This document shows, piece after piece, positions 8,900-19,049 of a stretch of 64,000 bases of DNA; position 1 is the first letter of the stretch; each line of letters starts with the position of its first letter. Source of the stretch: Bythopirellula sp. (lineage in GTDB: Bacteria > Planctomycetota > Planctomycetia > Pirellulales > Lacipirellulaceae); the NCBI GenBank assembly GCA_965216565.1, contig OZ244170.1, positions 2,176,001 to 2,240,000 on the forward strand, written 5' to 3'. A model generated the notes under the pieces. That model worked only from the letters and a program-made list of their open reading frames with translations. It was not told the DNA's origin and did not search any database. A program made the position numbers and the translations under genes.

Positions 8900-10777
8900 T
8901 TACGCCGCACTCTTCACCCGCAAAGCCGGAGCCTCAGTAGGCGTGCTCGCAGGGGTCGGCTCGTAGACAGGTATGATTTGCTCCAACGCTGCCCGAACCG
9001 TATCGTTCGGCTCGTCGACGATTTCGCTCAGGCGGCTGATGTCGTTTAGCACTTCCAACAACCGCGGAGGCGCCCCGTTGGCCACCATGATTTTTGAGTG
9101 TCGCGTCGGCTGATGCAGTTCGCGATCGCTGTAGAGCTCTTCGAACAGCTTTTCGCCAGGGCGTAGGCCGCTAACTTCGACTTCGATGTCGTCACCAACG
9201 CGGAGGCCGGACAACCGGATCATATCTTGAGCAAGATCCATGATGCGGACCGGTTCTCCCATGTCGAGTACAAAGATCTCGCCACCCCGACCCATGGTAC
9301 CCGCCTGGATGACAAGTTGTGCCGCTTCAGGAATCAGCATGAAGTAGCGAATCATATCCGGGTGAGTCACGGTCACCGGACCGCCGCGGGCGATCTGTTC
9401 TCGGAATATGGGAACCACGCTGCCCGCCGAATCGAGAACATTCCCAAATCGGACCGTTACCAGCCGGCAAGAGGAAGTTGCCGCCTTAGCTTGGACATAC
9501 TGTTCGGCGAGTTTCTTGCACGAACCCATGACGCTCGACGGATTCACTGCCTTGTCCGTCGAAATCATAACTAGTCCCTCGACCTCGAACTGTTCAGCTA
9601 AGTCAACCAAACAGCGGGTCGAGAGCACAATATTCTTCACCGCCTCGCCGACGTGCGCTTCCATCAGCGGGACATGCTTGTAGGCGGCAGCGTGAAAAAC
9701 GATATTCGGTCGATGCTCCGCAAAAACTGCTTCCATCCGCCGTGCATCGGTCAAGTCGGCAAGTGCCACGTCGATGTTGATGTCCGGCGCAAGTTGACGT
9801 AGTTCGCGCTCCAGGAAAAACTGCCCCGTTTCACTGCGGTCGACAAGCACGACCTTCTCTGGGGCGAGCTGCAGAATCTGGCGGCATATTTCCGAACCAA
9901 TGCTTCCGGCACTACCCGTCACGAGCACCGTCCGATTGTTAATCCACTGGTGAATGCTCTCCATATCGAGGTCGACCGAAGGCCGTCGCAACAAGTCGGA
10001 GATAGCCACTGGTCGAGGATTAATTGCCACGCTGCCGGTGAGTATTTGTTCGTAGCTGGGGAGCACTTTCACATGAAAGCCGTTCTCCGCGGCGGACTGT
10101 ACAAGTTCTCGGACCGCTCGACCCGAAAGCACACCGGATGTGATGAGAACCTGTTCGACTCCATACTTGGCCACCAACTGCGGGATGTCCTCGTGCGTGC
10201 CTAAGACGGGAATTCCCGCTATGCGACGCCCCACAGCCGAGCTGTCTTCGTCGATGAAGCCTATAGCCCGATAATCGAGTTTGCTCCGCAACATCCCCCG
10301 CAACAGGGCTTCGCCGGCGTCATTTGCTCCAGCAATCAGTGCTACGGTTCCGCTTTGTTTGGAGAATAATCGCCAGTCGGTATCGTGGATCAGCCTCGGC
10401 AGAATCCGAACCGCCGCCAGTAGCGCGAGTGTCACTCCCCAATCAAGTAGAATGACGCTTCTTGGTATTACCGTGGACGAAAGTACCAGCGCGTCCAAAA
10501 GCGTAATCCCAACTGAGCAAATAGTGACCGTTCGAACCATCCGCACCATATCGCGGAATGTGACATAGCGAGAGAACTCAGCATGGAACCTGGCTTGCAA
10601 CAGGCCCACGACTTTGATCAGCAGGACCCAGAATATTGTGCCGCTTAACTGAGCAGTTGCCGACTCGTCGAGCGAACCATCAAACCGCAACAAAAATGCG
10701 CCCACATACGCCAAAGCGCACAACGGAACGACAACCGCCAGGCCGAGTGAAATTCGAAGATGATTCTGATTTTTCAT
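8900..10777 (-). CDS. Membrane-bound nucleoside-diphosphate-sugar 4,6-dehydratase (CapD/PglF/WbpM family)
   Basis: Four N-terminal TM helices, GSAGSIG, HAAAYKHVP, STDKAV, RFGNV, GLRPGEKL; start taken at ATG 10777. Confidence 0.9.
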   Translation of the reverse strand: MKNQNHLRISLGLAVVVPLCALAYVGAFLLRFDGSLDESATAQLSGTIFWVLLIKVVGLLQARFHAEFSRYVTFRDMVRMVRTVTICSVGITLLDALVLSSTVIPRSVILLDWGVTLALLAAVRILPRLIHDTDWRLFSKQSGTVALIAGANDAGEALLRGMLRSKLDYRAIGFIDEDSSAVGRRIAGIPVLGTHEDIPQLVAKYGVEQVLITSGVLSGRAVRELVQSAAENGFHVKVLPSYEQILTGSVAINPRPVAISDLLRRPSVDLDMESIHQWINNRTVLVTGSAGSIGSEICRQILQLAPEKVVLVDRSETGQFFLERELRQLAPDINIDVALADLTDARRMEAVFAEHRPNIVFHAAAYKHVPLMEAHVGEAVKNIVLSTRCLVDLAEQFEVEGLVMISTDKAVNPSSVMGSCKKLAEQYVQAKAATSSCRLVTVRFGNVLDSAGSVVPIFREQIARGGPVTVTHPDMIRYFMLIPEAAQLVIQAGTMGRGGEIFVLDMGEPVRIMDLAQDMIRLSGLRVGDDIEVEVSGLRPGEKLFEELYSDRELHQPTRHSKIMVANGAPPRLLEVLNDISRLSEIVDEPNDTVRAALEQIIPVYEPTPASTPTEAPALRVKSAA

Positions 10778-10796
10778 ACTTAACTGTCTCTGTCTG

Positions 10797-13559
10797 TTAC
10801 AAAGACTTGGCTGGAGTCGGAACTTCGGCACGATAACTCAATCGTTGCCGGCCGATCTTCATCAACATTGTCTTGCTACTCGTATGATCGGGCCTGCGAG
10901 CGAGACACCAATTAAACTGTTCTTCGGCTGACTCCAATTGGCCGAGCCCCGCACACAACACGCCCAGGTAGTAGTGCGTGCCAAAATCTTGTGGTTCTGA
11001 GACAATTGCTTGTTGATAGCTATGAATGGCTGCCTGGGGTTTGTTGAGCGCTGTTTGAATTTGAGCAAGTAGTTTCCATAACTTTGCAATATTGATCGAG
11101 TCGTTTGCGCTAATCTTATTTTGAATCACGCTTGCCGTATGGGATTCGATTGCCATCCAGTCTTGCTCGGTCCCCCGCGCCGCGTAGTGCTGCCAGACGG
11201 GCTGCAACACAGAGGGCCCCGGTTGCAGCAAGCCCAACAATCCCTCTGCAGGAATATGCGGAGCCATCGAGTTGACTACCTGCAATTGGTGTCGGGTTGG
11301 TGATTTGAAAAGCACTTTCCACACCTGGAACGCTTGTTCCGGTCGGCGGGCTGCCAGTAGTTGTGTGCCGACTTCGAAAAGCACATCGCTATCGCAAGGC
11401 CCCACTGCCAGCGCCTGTTGCCACAGGGCCTCGACCTCTCGGTTCCCTCGTCCTTCCAAGAAAGCTAAGCCTGCCAGAAAAGTGTAAGCTTCACCTTGAA
11501 ACGGACAGAGTCTAACAGCGTGCTTGGAATGATAAAGCGCCCGGTAGAGCAGCTTGCTACGTTCCCCAAAGGCACGTTGCAACCACTCTTGCAGTTCCTT
11601 GGAGCTAGAAAACTTCGAACCAATGGCTGAGTCGCGGATTTGCGTCACAGTCATTTGGTTCATCGCGTCGGCTCCCTGCAGGTTGAATTCCTTCAACAGG
11701 TTGGCCGCTAGTTTCAAGTGCGCTCGAGCATCATCCGGGTTCACGGCGATGATCTTCAGAAGCACCTCGGTTCGGTAGTGGATGAGTTGCTCGTCGGCCT
11801 GTTGCCTTTGGAAATCGGCTTGCACTACGGCCAGCGAAAGGTCGCCGTTGACGGCCCTCTCGGCGTTGTTGGCAAGATGGTAACGGTCCCAGTGCATAGC
11901 TGCCTTGGCTTGCGGCAGCAAAGTGTATGTCGACCAGCCTCCCGCTAGTAGCACAACTGCACAAGCCGCCATCCAGGCAGGACGCATCAAGACAACCTGA
12001 GTGCGCTTCTCGCTAGCCACCGGTACGATCAATTGAGCAAGTCGCAACGCACAAGCTGCCAAAATAATTGTCACTGCCATACACGCGGGAACAAACCACA
12101 CAAAATCGAACGGTGCATGCGCAGCACTCCCCGCCAACGAAGCTACGATGGCTCCTGCGTATATCTGTTGCTCTCTCGTTTGGGATCGGACAAGTGCTAA
12201 GCAACACCAAAAGCCTACGCACACCAAGCCGGCTGCTAACAGGACGACTCCTGGCAAGCCGTTTTCAGTAGCAATCTGAAGTGGGCTGCTTTCCGAGTGC
12301 ATGAATAATCGATTGAGCGGTGCCTCTAAATAGACAGGATAAATGTACCGATGAGTCCCTGCTCCCGTGCCAGCTTGCCAACCAGATTCGATCGCTTCGG
12401 CATTGGCAGCCCAAATCGTTCGTCGGCCACCGCGTGCATCAAGCGAATCCACGGAACCATCGGTAAAATCGTCGAGTCGACTCGCAATTTGGTCGTAGCC
12501 ATAGAAGGAGACGACTCCAACCATGACGATCGCTCCTGCCGCGACCAGTAGTGCCAGATCTGCCGCCTTCACTAAGCGAAATTTCAAGTAAGCGAGACCT
12601 AGCACGAAAAGACTTGCTCCGAGTGCGAGTGCTCCACCTCGGGATAGCGAACATAGAACCGCGGCAATTGCGACGATCACAGCAATGCCCAGGCATACGG
12701 CGAGCGGATCGATCGAGGGCTGATTCGCTTGTGCCGACCAGGACGATCTTGGCTTTTGCTCTTTTCTATTGCCCGAGCCCAGCCGACTCATGAACAAGGC
12801 AACCAGTGGGGCCGTGCCGAGCACTACAAAATGGGCATAGTGATTCCGGCAAGTAAAACTCCCCTTCACCTCTTCCGAAGTATTGGTATAGGGAAATTCA
12901 TAGAACCAGAAGAACAGTCCATTGGAGGTGAAATACTGAACGATTCCAAACAACGCGCCAATGGCTGCAGAGATGGCGATGTAATTGATAATACGTTTGA
13001 CATCCTGCACCGTCTGCAATCTCTGAGTAGCCGTAACAAACAGTAAGCCGTAAGCAACCAGTGTGGCGAGTGCCAGGCGGGTATCTTCCGGAGAGATCGA
13101 AATAGTACCCCAAGTTCCCAAGGAGTAGTGATTGAGCGGCACTTCGGCAGCACCGGTCGCCCAGAGAGGCAACAATTCGCTGAGCCGAGGTGCCAATGTG
13201 CCTAGCCATTCCGCGGGCAAACTGACAATCTGCAGCAAAACCGTACCAACGGCCAGCAGCATCAGCCAAATCGACATACTGCGGGTCCATTTGCCGCGTG
13301 TGACAAAAGACTGTCGAATAAACCAAGCAGACGAAACCATGCCGCAGAGGGCGACCAAGGCAAAACGGCCCATCGGGTGACGGCCACCGAACAACAGGGG
13401 CGTGATAAAGATGATGGCCGCCAGTCCGAGATCGACGATCTGCAAACAGATGTTCGGCAGCGCATTCTCCTCGCCAGCAGTTTGACTACGTGACCAGGAT
13501 CGATGACTAGTTTGTGATTGCCGACTCTGCATGGCTGGGGTCATTTCATAATTGAACAA
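10797..13559 (-). CDS. O-antigen ligase (Wzy_C)-family membrane protein with C-terminal TPR repeats
   Basis: Multiple TM helices, GSFTCRNH, SLSRGG, GTGAGT...H, helical TPR-like C-terminal half; exact start uncertain. Confidence 0.8.
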   Translation of the reverse strand: MFNYEMTPAMQSRQSQTSHRSWSRSQTAGEENALPNICLQIVDLGLAAIIFITPLLFGGRHPMGRFALVALCGMVSSAWFIRQSFVTRGKWTRSMSIWLMLLAVGTVLLQIVSLPAEWLGTLAPRLSELLPLWATGAAEVPLNHYSLGTWGTISISPEDTRLALATLVAYGLLFVTATQRLQTVQDVKRIINYIAISAAIGALFGIVQYFTSNGLFFWFYEFPYTNTSEEVKGSFTCRNHYAHFVVLGTAPLVALFMSRLGSGNRKEQKPRSSWSAQANQPSIDPLAVCLGIAVIVAIAAVLCSLSRGGALALGASLFVLGLAYLKFRLVKAADLALLVAAGAIVMVGVVSFYGYDQIASRLDDFTDGSVDSLDARGGRRTIWAANAEAIESGWQAGTGAGTHRYIYPVYLEAPLNRLFMHSESSPLQIATENGLPGVVLLAAGLVCVGFWCCLALVRSQTREQQIYAGAIVASLAGSAAHAPFDFVWFVPACMAVTIILAACALRLAQLIVPVASEKRTQVVLMRPAWMAACAVVLLAGGWSTYTLLPQAKAAMHWDRYHLANNAERAVNGDLSLAVVQADFQRQQADEQLIHYRTEVLLKIIAVNPDDARAHLKLAANLLKEFNLQGADAMNQMTVTQIRDSAIGSKFSSSKELQEWLQRAFGERSKLLYRALYHSKHAVRLCPFQGEAYTFLAGLAFLEGRGNREVEALWQQALAVGPCDSDVLFEVGTQLLAARRPEQAFQVWKVLFKSPTRHQLQVVNSMAPHIPAEGLLGLLQPGPSVLQPVWQHYAARGTEQDWMAIESHTASVIQNKISANDSINIAKLWKLLAQIQTALNKPQAAIHSYQQAIVSEPQDFGTHYYLGVLCAGLGQLESAEEQFNWCLARRPDHTSSKTMLMKIGRQRLSYRAEVPTPAKSL

Positions 13560-13604
13560 GCCAAAGCTGCGATGCGGGAATTGAGCTTCGGCAAAAACCT
13601 TCTT

Positions 13605-15983
13605 CTAAGCAGCTCGTCGGGGACGAATGCTGTGTGTTGATTGTGGGTGGCTTATTTCTGGTAAGTGCTCAGCTTGTGATTGATCCGTGGCAGTCAATTC
13701 ACTGAGCGAAGCTGGTAAGTCTGGCGTGGGGGGAACTGGTTGTTGGGCTTCCGATTGGTCGTGTCCGTAGCCATCGGTGTAACCGTAGCCATAGCCGTAT
13801 CCGTAGCCGTAACCATACCCGCCCCGATCTTCGGCAACGCCATTGGCAACAACCCCAAAGACGTGGCAACCGGTTTCGTGGAAGCTCTCTACGGCCCGAA
13901 TCACCGATCGCCGGTGATTCTTTTCTGGACGAACCACAAGCACTGCTCCGTCGACCAATTGGCCCACGATTTGGGCATCGCTCACGGCGAGCACTGGTGG
14001 GCAGTCGACCAATACGCGATCGTATCGGGAATCCGCCCAAGCCAATAATTCCACAAACGCCTTGCCGCTGAGCAGCTCGGCAGGATTCGGTCGTCGCAGA
14101 CCTACAGGCAAAACATCCAGTCCGTTGACTTCAGTATTGTGGATGAGCGATTGAGCCAATTCTTCAGGCGATTGCTCGGAGGCCAGCAGATCGGCAACCC
14201 CCTGTTGTCCCTTCAATCCCAGCAGGGTCGAGAATCCAGGCTTACGCAAGTCGGCGTCGATTACCAAGGTGCGATGGCCAGCCTGCGCGAATGCCACCGC
14301 CAGGTTTGCCGATACGGTTGTTTTTCCGTCTCCTGGTTCAGAGCTAGAGACGAGTATCCGATCGCAAACTTCACCGCCCAACGAAAGCGCGGTTCGCAAT
14401 GTACGGAATGCCTCCGATTCCACAGAATTCGGCAACGCATGCGTGTAGACGCTGGCCAAACCCTCTCCTTGCAGCGGATCAAGTTTTCTAACGATTGAGA
14501 GAATCGGCACATTCAACTGTGCGGAAAGCTCTTCCGGCGAGGTGAAGCGATCGTCGAGGCGGTCCTGGACATAAACCAACAAGCAACCGATTATCAAACC
14601 ACCCATAATCGAACCAACCCCCACGTTCCGTAGCCGGGGAGAAACGGGGCGATTCTCCGGCAACGGTTCGCGTGTGACTGTCGCTTTGATCGGGGCATGA
14701 ATCTGTGACATATCGATACTACTTAAGTTCTCGTTCACAGTTTCGTACTCGGCTTCAGTGCGAGAGACATCGCGTTCCTTCATGTGCAATTGCACGATTC
14801 CATCGCTCTGCTTGATAGCTTCGTTTCGAGACTGTTCGTAGGACATGCTCAGCTGCTGCTCGACTTGGCGGGAATGGTCCAGGGACTGCTGGAGCAGATC
14901 CAACACCAGATCGTCCGGAAGTGCTTTGCGCAGCTTGCCGTCGGCGGTGGCAGATCCACCTTGCGAGGCAATAAACTGCTGCTGCATCTGAATTTGCTTT
15001 CTAAGTTCCATCATCCTGGGATGATTCGCGCCCAGCACTTGCGACAGACCTTGAAATTCTTCCTGCGCGGCGAGCAATTTCTTCTTCTGTTCGCCAACCA
15101 CTCGCAAGTCTTCGGGACTCATTCCCAGCGAAGCCATCAATAGCTGCTGCCCCAGTGCAGACTCAAGCCCCATCAGGTGCTGCGAGACGTTACCACCGCG
15201 CAATTTGGCATGCTGCATCGAGGCCAGAGTCGCCTCGAGAATCAGTCTCTTCTCTTGTGCTTCGGAAAGTGCTTCGTTTAGCTTTAAGGCACGCTGGATG
15301 ATCGGTTCGACGACTTGGTCTTCCGAGGAAACAGCCAGATGGCCGACTTCTTCTCGATGCCGTTGCAGTTCGGACTGCTGCTCATCGAGTTTCGCCTTAA
15401 TCCGATCTCTCTCATTGGAGAGCAGCGTGCGAAACTCGCCAACGGTTCCTTTATGATTTTCTGCAACGAAGTCTAAGTACGCCCGAATGATGGCGTTCAC
15501 AACAGCAGCGGCGGCCTGAGGGCTTCGCGATCGGTAGCTAACATCGATGATATTCGTTTTGCGTTTGATCGAGGCGGAGAGATTTTTTTGGATTTTCGTC
15601 ACCCATTTCTTGGGTTCCACTCCTTGCAGGTCGATGCGAAACTGTGGCTCGAGTTTCCGGATTGCATCTCTTACGACAACCTGGCTCACCACGAGCTCCC
15701 GGTGCGTCGCCATCGTGTTGCCAGTATTCTCTTGACTACCAATCACCGAGAGCTGATCTTTGTTCTGATCAACAATGTTGATACTTGCCACCGACTGATA
15801 GTAGCGCGGTGCCAGATAGTAGTAGACGGCTCCTGCCAAGACAAACAAATACACGCTGCTCAGCACGACGTGTTTGCGATGGCGTAGAACGCGAATAAAC
15901 CGAAGCACGGCCGGCAACATATCGCCGGTTGCTGGGGCATCAGATTCGATTATCAGGTTTTGATCGGTGGGATTTGTTGTCAC
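13605..15983 (-). CDS. wzc: Polysaccharide co-polymerase / tyrosine autokinase
   Basis: Two TM segments flanking coiled coils, EAFRTLRT, Walker A GDGKTT, IDADLR, DCPP, C-terminal (GY)n tyrosine cluster. Confidence 0.92.
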   Translation of the reverse strand: MTTNPTDQNLIIESDAPATGDMLPAVLRFIRVLRHRKHVVLSSVYLFVLAGAVYYYLAPRYYQSVASINIVDQNKDQLSVIGSQENTGNTMATHRELVVSQVVVRDAIRKLEPQFRIDLQGVEPKKWVTKIQKNLSASIKRKTNIIDVSYRSRSPQAAAAVVNAIIRAYLDFVAENHKGTVGEFRTLLSNERDRIKAKLDEQQSELQRHREEVGHLAVSSEDQVVEPIIQRALKLNEALSEAQEKRLILEATLASMQHAKLRGGNVSQHLMGLESALGQQLLMASLGMSPEDLRVVGEQKKKLLAAQEEFQGLSQVLGANHPRMMELRKQIQMQQQFIASQGGSATADGKLRKALPDDLVLDLLQQSLDHSRQVEQQLSMSYEQSRNEAIKQSDGIVQLHMKERDVSRTEAEYETVNENLSSIDMSQIHAPIKATVTREPLPENRPVSPRLRNVGVGSIMGGLIIGCLLVYVQDRLDDRFTSPEELSAQLNVPILSIVRKLDPLQGEGLASVYTHALPNSVESEAFRTLRTALSLGGEVCDRILVSSSEPGDGKTTVSANLAVAFAQAGHRTLVIDADLRKPGFSTLLGLKGQQGVADLLASEQSPEELAQSLIHNTEVNGLDVLPVGLRRPNPAELLSGKAFVELLAWADSRYDRVLVDCPPVLAVSDAQIVGQLVDGAVLVVRPEKNHRRSVIRAVESFHETGCHVFGVVANGVAEDRGGYGYGYGYGYGYGYTDGYGHDQSEAQQPVPPTPDLPASLSELTATDQSQAEHLPEISHPQSTHSIRPRRAA

Positions 15984-16048
15984 GGGATTTGCTAAAACGG
16001 TTGGTTATGTTCCCACGAAATTCTGGGTAAGGGACTCTTGTCTTGCTA

Positions 16049-17239
16049 CTAAAGGGAAGTGACTCGACTGGCAACGCCAAACGATACGCGGAAAATCTGT
16101 CGGAATGTATCCACAACCACTGTCGTGGGAGTTTGCTCGATGCTGACGGTGTCGCCCGGGGCCAGTCGAATATTCTCTCTACCGTTCCGCTTTGCAGCAC
16201 TCAGGCTGGCATTGATCACAATCGGTTGGGGCTGATCTTTTACCCGCCGAATGATCAGCAACTTGTCAGCAACTGGCGAGCTCTGTCCGCCTGCCATGGC
16301 AATTGCGTCGAGTAGATGCACGTCTTGATCTAGTGGCATTTCGTATTGGCCGGGACTTCTCACTAAGCCCGTGACGAACACCATCTCTTCGGCTCGAGGT
16401 ATAATTTTGACCACATCGCGGTCGACCAGACGGGTATCGGCATGAGTTTGCGTCTGCCCTTCCGAAAGATCCATCCGCATCACCTGGAGCGGACGCGACC
16501 TGCCATGGTTGCCGGCCTGGGAATGATTGGATTGGTAGGAAGCCAGCTGCACATTGTCATTCCCCGAGACGAGCGGGTCGCCAGCCAAGCCGGAGTGGTT
16601 TTCTGTGGGCTGACGGATGATTTCCACTTCGGTACTCGCATCTTCCGAAAGTCCGCCCGCAGCGGCTAACGCCGTGACGAGGTTGCAATTGCCATAGGGC
16701 AGTTCGTGGACGCCCGGTTCTTGGACGGCTCCTAACACTGTAACACTGCGAACCGCCTTGGAATCGATCTCAACAGTAACGTAAGGTCGCACGTAAATCT
16801 GGCGTTCAATGCCCGCCTGGGCGATAGTTTGTCCGGCGACATGTGCTTCCATTCCGGCAACTTTCGTGACACCGATCAGTGGTACGTCCACGGTGCCATT
16901 TTGAGCAACCCGAACCATCACGGGCTCCGGCTTTTCCTGATCCCTGCCACTGGCGACTGTTATCTTCAGCAGATCGCGCGGCCCGATGGTTGAATCGCTG
17001 GTTCCTACGGACGACACCCGTGAGAAATCCATCACGCTTGAGTGCTCGCGACTAGAGGCTTGAAAGTTCCCTGGCAACCGCGAAGCCTGAATACCTGTCG
17101 ATCCACAGCCAACGGTTAAACCGGTTAGCAGCAGCAAGCCGCTGATGAGCATGTCTCCACTGAGAGCCGTTGCTAACGTTGCCGTTTGTCGAGCCGTTCG
17201 TGGAAACTGACGCGAGTTGTAAGAATTCGCCTTGGACAT
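16049..17239 (-). CDS. wza: Polysaccharide export lipoprotein (Wza/SLBB)
   Basis: Lipobox LTVGC, IGPRDLL, GTVDVPLIG, SLBB repeats (VLGAVQEPG, VTGLVRSPG, AIAMAGG). Confidence 0.85.
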   Translation of the reverse strand: MSKANSYNSRQFPRTARQTATLATALSGDMLISGLLLLTGLTVGCGSTGIQASRLPGNFQASSREHSSVMDFSRVSSVGTSDSTIGPRDLLKITVASGRDQEKPEPVMVRVAQNGTVDVPLIGVTKVAGMEAHVAGQTIAQAGIERQIYVRPYVTVEIDSKAVRSVTVLGAVQEPGVHELPYGNCNLVTALAAAGGLSEDASTEVEIIRQPTENHSGLAGDPLVSGNDNVQLASYQSNHSQAGNHGRSRPLQVMRMDLSEGQTQTHADTRLVDRDVVKIIPRAEEMVFVTGLVRSPGQYEMPLDQDVHLLDAIAMAGGQSSPVADKLLIIRRVKDQPQPIVINASLSAAKRNGRENIRLAPGDTVSIEQTPTTVVVDTFRQIFRVSFGVASRVTSL

Positions 17240-17577
17240 CGTAAAGTTCTGGGTCTGTGTGATTGCCCACTAAAATGGCCTGATGATCCACTTGGTGACT
17301 AGTGAATCACCGAGTAGCGGCACCCTAAGACTCGGGCAAGATGCGAGGAGTCCATTGATCGAAACGCGGGCTTTGATCAATGGGCGGGTTAACCTACGGC
17401 CTCCTGCCACCAATCCAGGGGGCGGATAAGTACCTAATCTCTGGGACCCACGCAAGTGCGGACCACGCCAGCCCAAGCAAGCATCGCAAGATGGCTGGCA
17501 CGGCGCAGAATAGAATGCTGCAGCAAAGAAATCTCAGCTTGCTAGCAACGCTAGTTGAGAATCGATCTACGCGACGA

Positions 17578-18912
17578 TCAAGCCTTAACGATTCTCGCCC
17601 GTCCCGCCGCGACATCGTTCATGGCGTTTCTGGTATCGAGCACCAGCCGTGCATGTTCGGCGATAAACGCATAGTCGTAGGCTCGATGGGCGGTCGCAAT
17701 CAGCACACAATCCTGGTCGGCCAGGTATTCGGCTGTCAATTCCTGACTTTCCATAGCCGGCAAGTCGTGGGCACGCATTTCCGGAAGTGCAGGCACATGG
17801 GGATCGTTATAAGTCACCTCGGCACCCTGCGCTAGCAAACCCTCGAGCAGCACAAACGAGGGACTTTCGCGAGGATCGTCGACGTCACTTTTATAAGCGA
17901 TACCCAATAGTGCAATCTTGCTGCCGCGAACTGGTTTGCCTTCCTGGTTCAGGGCATCGCTTAGTCGCCGCAGTACAAAATTAGGCATCGACGAGTTGAT
18001 CTCGCCGGCCAATTCAATGAACCGGGCCGACATGCCGTGCTTGCGAGCAACCCAGCTAAGATAAAAAGGATCGATGGGTATGCAGTGCCCGCCTAGGCCA
18101 GGACCTGGGTAAAAAGCCGAGAAACCAAACGGCTTGGTCTTCGCAGCTTCGATCACTTCCCACACATCGATATCCATCCGAGTGCAAAGCAGTTTGAGTT
18201 CGTTAACCAGAGCGATGTTCACCGCCCGATAGGTGTTCTCCAATATCTTGCACGCTTCGGCGACTTCACAGGAAGAAACAGGAACCACCTCGGCCACTGC
18301 TTTGCCGTAAAGGGCGACGGCCAATTCTTGGCTCTCTTGATCGATGCCGCCCACGACCTTAGGAATCTTCGCTGCGGAGAAGTCCTCGTTTCCCGGGTCC
18401 TCGCGCTCAGGGCTATAGGCCAGAAAAAAGTCTTTGCCCACTTCAAGCCCCGATGTGGCCAGCTCGGCAAGCACTACGTCTCGTGTTGTCCCCGGGTAAG
18501 TTGTGCTTTCCAAGACTAGCAGTTGACCGGGCCGAAGTATTTTGGCGATTTCGTGAAACGTCGAGGTAACATAGCTCAGATCGGGATCGCGGGACTCCGT
18601 CAGCGGAGTCGGCACGCAGACAAGAATTGCGTCGGCGTCTGCCAGGCGATTGATATCGGCGGTAGCCTCAAACGCATTCTTTTCGTGCCACTGCTGTAGT
18701 TTTTCCGAGGGGATGTGCCCAATGTAGCTCTCGCCCTGGTTCAGCTTGTCGATTTTCTGTTGATCGACATCGTAGCCAATGGCACGAATCCCAGCTCGTA
18801 CAAAGGCATCGACCAAGGGCAGTCCGACGTAGCCTAAACCAACGACTCCCACAACCACTTGGTTGTTCTGGATGCGGGTGCGAAGCGTTTCGAAGCTTGA
18901 TGCGTTGGGCAT
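17578..18912 (-). CDS. wbpA: UDP-N-acetylglucosamine 6-dehydrogenase (WbpA-like)
   Basis: GLGYVGLP, CVPTP, ESTTYPGTT, SPEREDPGN, GGHCIPIDP; start taken at ATG 18912. Confidence 0.88.
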   Translation of the reverse strand: MPNASSFETLRTRIQNNQVVVGVVGLGYVGLPLVDAFVRAGIRAIGYDVDQQKIDKLNQGESYIGHIPSEKLQQWHEKNAFEATADINRLADADAILVCVPTPLTESRDPDLSYVTSTFHEIAKILRPGQLLVLESTTYPGTTRDVVLAELATSGLEVGKDFFLAYSPEREDPGNEDFSAAKIPKVVGGIDQESQELAVALYGKAVAEVVPVSSCEVAEACKILENTYRAVNIALVNELKLLCTRMDIDVWEVIEAAKTKPFGFSAFYPGPGLGGHCIPIDPFYLSWVARKHGMSARFIELAGEINSSMPNFVLRRLSDALNQEGKPVRGSKIALLGIAYKSDVDDPRESPSFVLLEGLLAQGAEVTYNDPHVPALPEMRAHDLPAMESQELTAEYLADQDCVLIATAHRAYDYAFIAEHARLVLDTRNAMNDVAAGRARIVKA

Positions 18913-19049
18913 AAACGTAAACCAGAGCCAAGGTTTCGGGACGACCGATCTTGACAAGTCTATCTATCTTCAGCGACGCTGTCGACCTTGCCGCCTCGTC
19001 GAAATATGGCCTCGCGCGGCAGAATCAATTCTTCAACTTGCGAGCGAAC

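Noticed and set aside
13765..13822. (GY)n / CCGTAG-like microsatellite
   Set aside because: Ordinary Wzc C-terminal tyrosine cluster.
17240..17577. JUMPstart/ops element or small CDS between wbpA and wza
   Set aside because: No GGCGGTAG ops match seen; the overlapping short ORFs lack an RBS or recognisable motifs.
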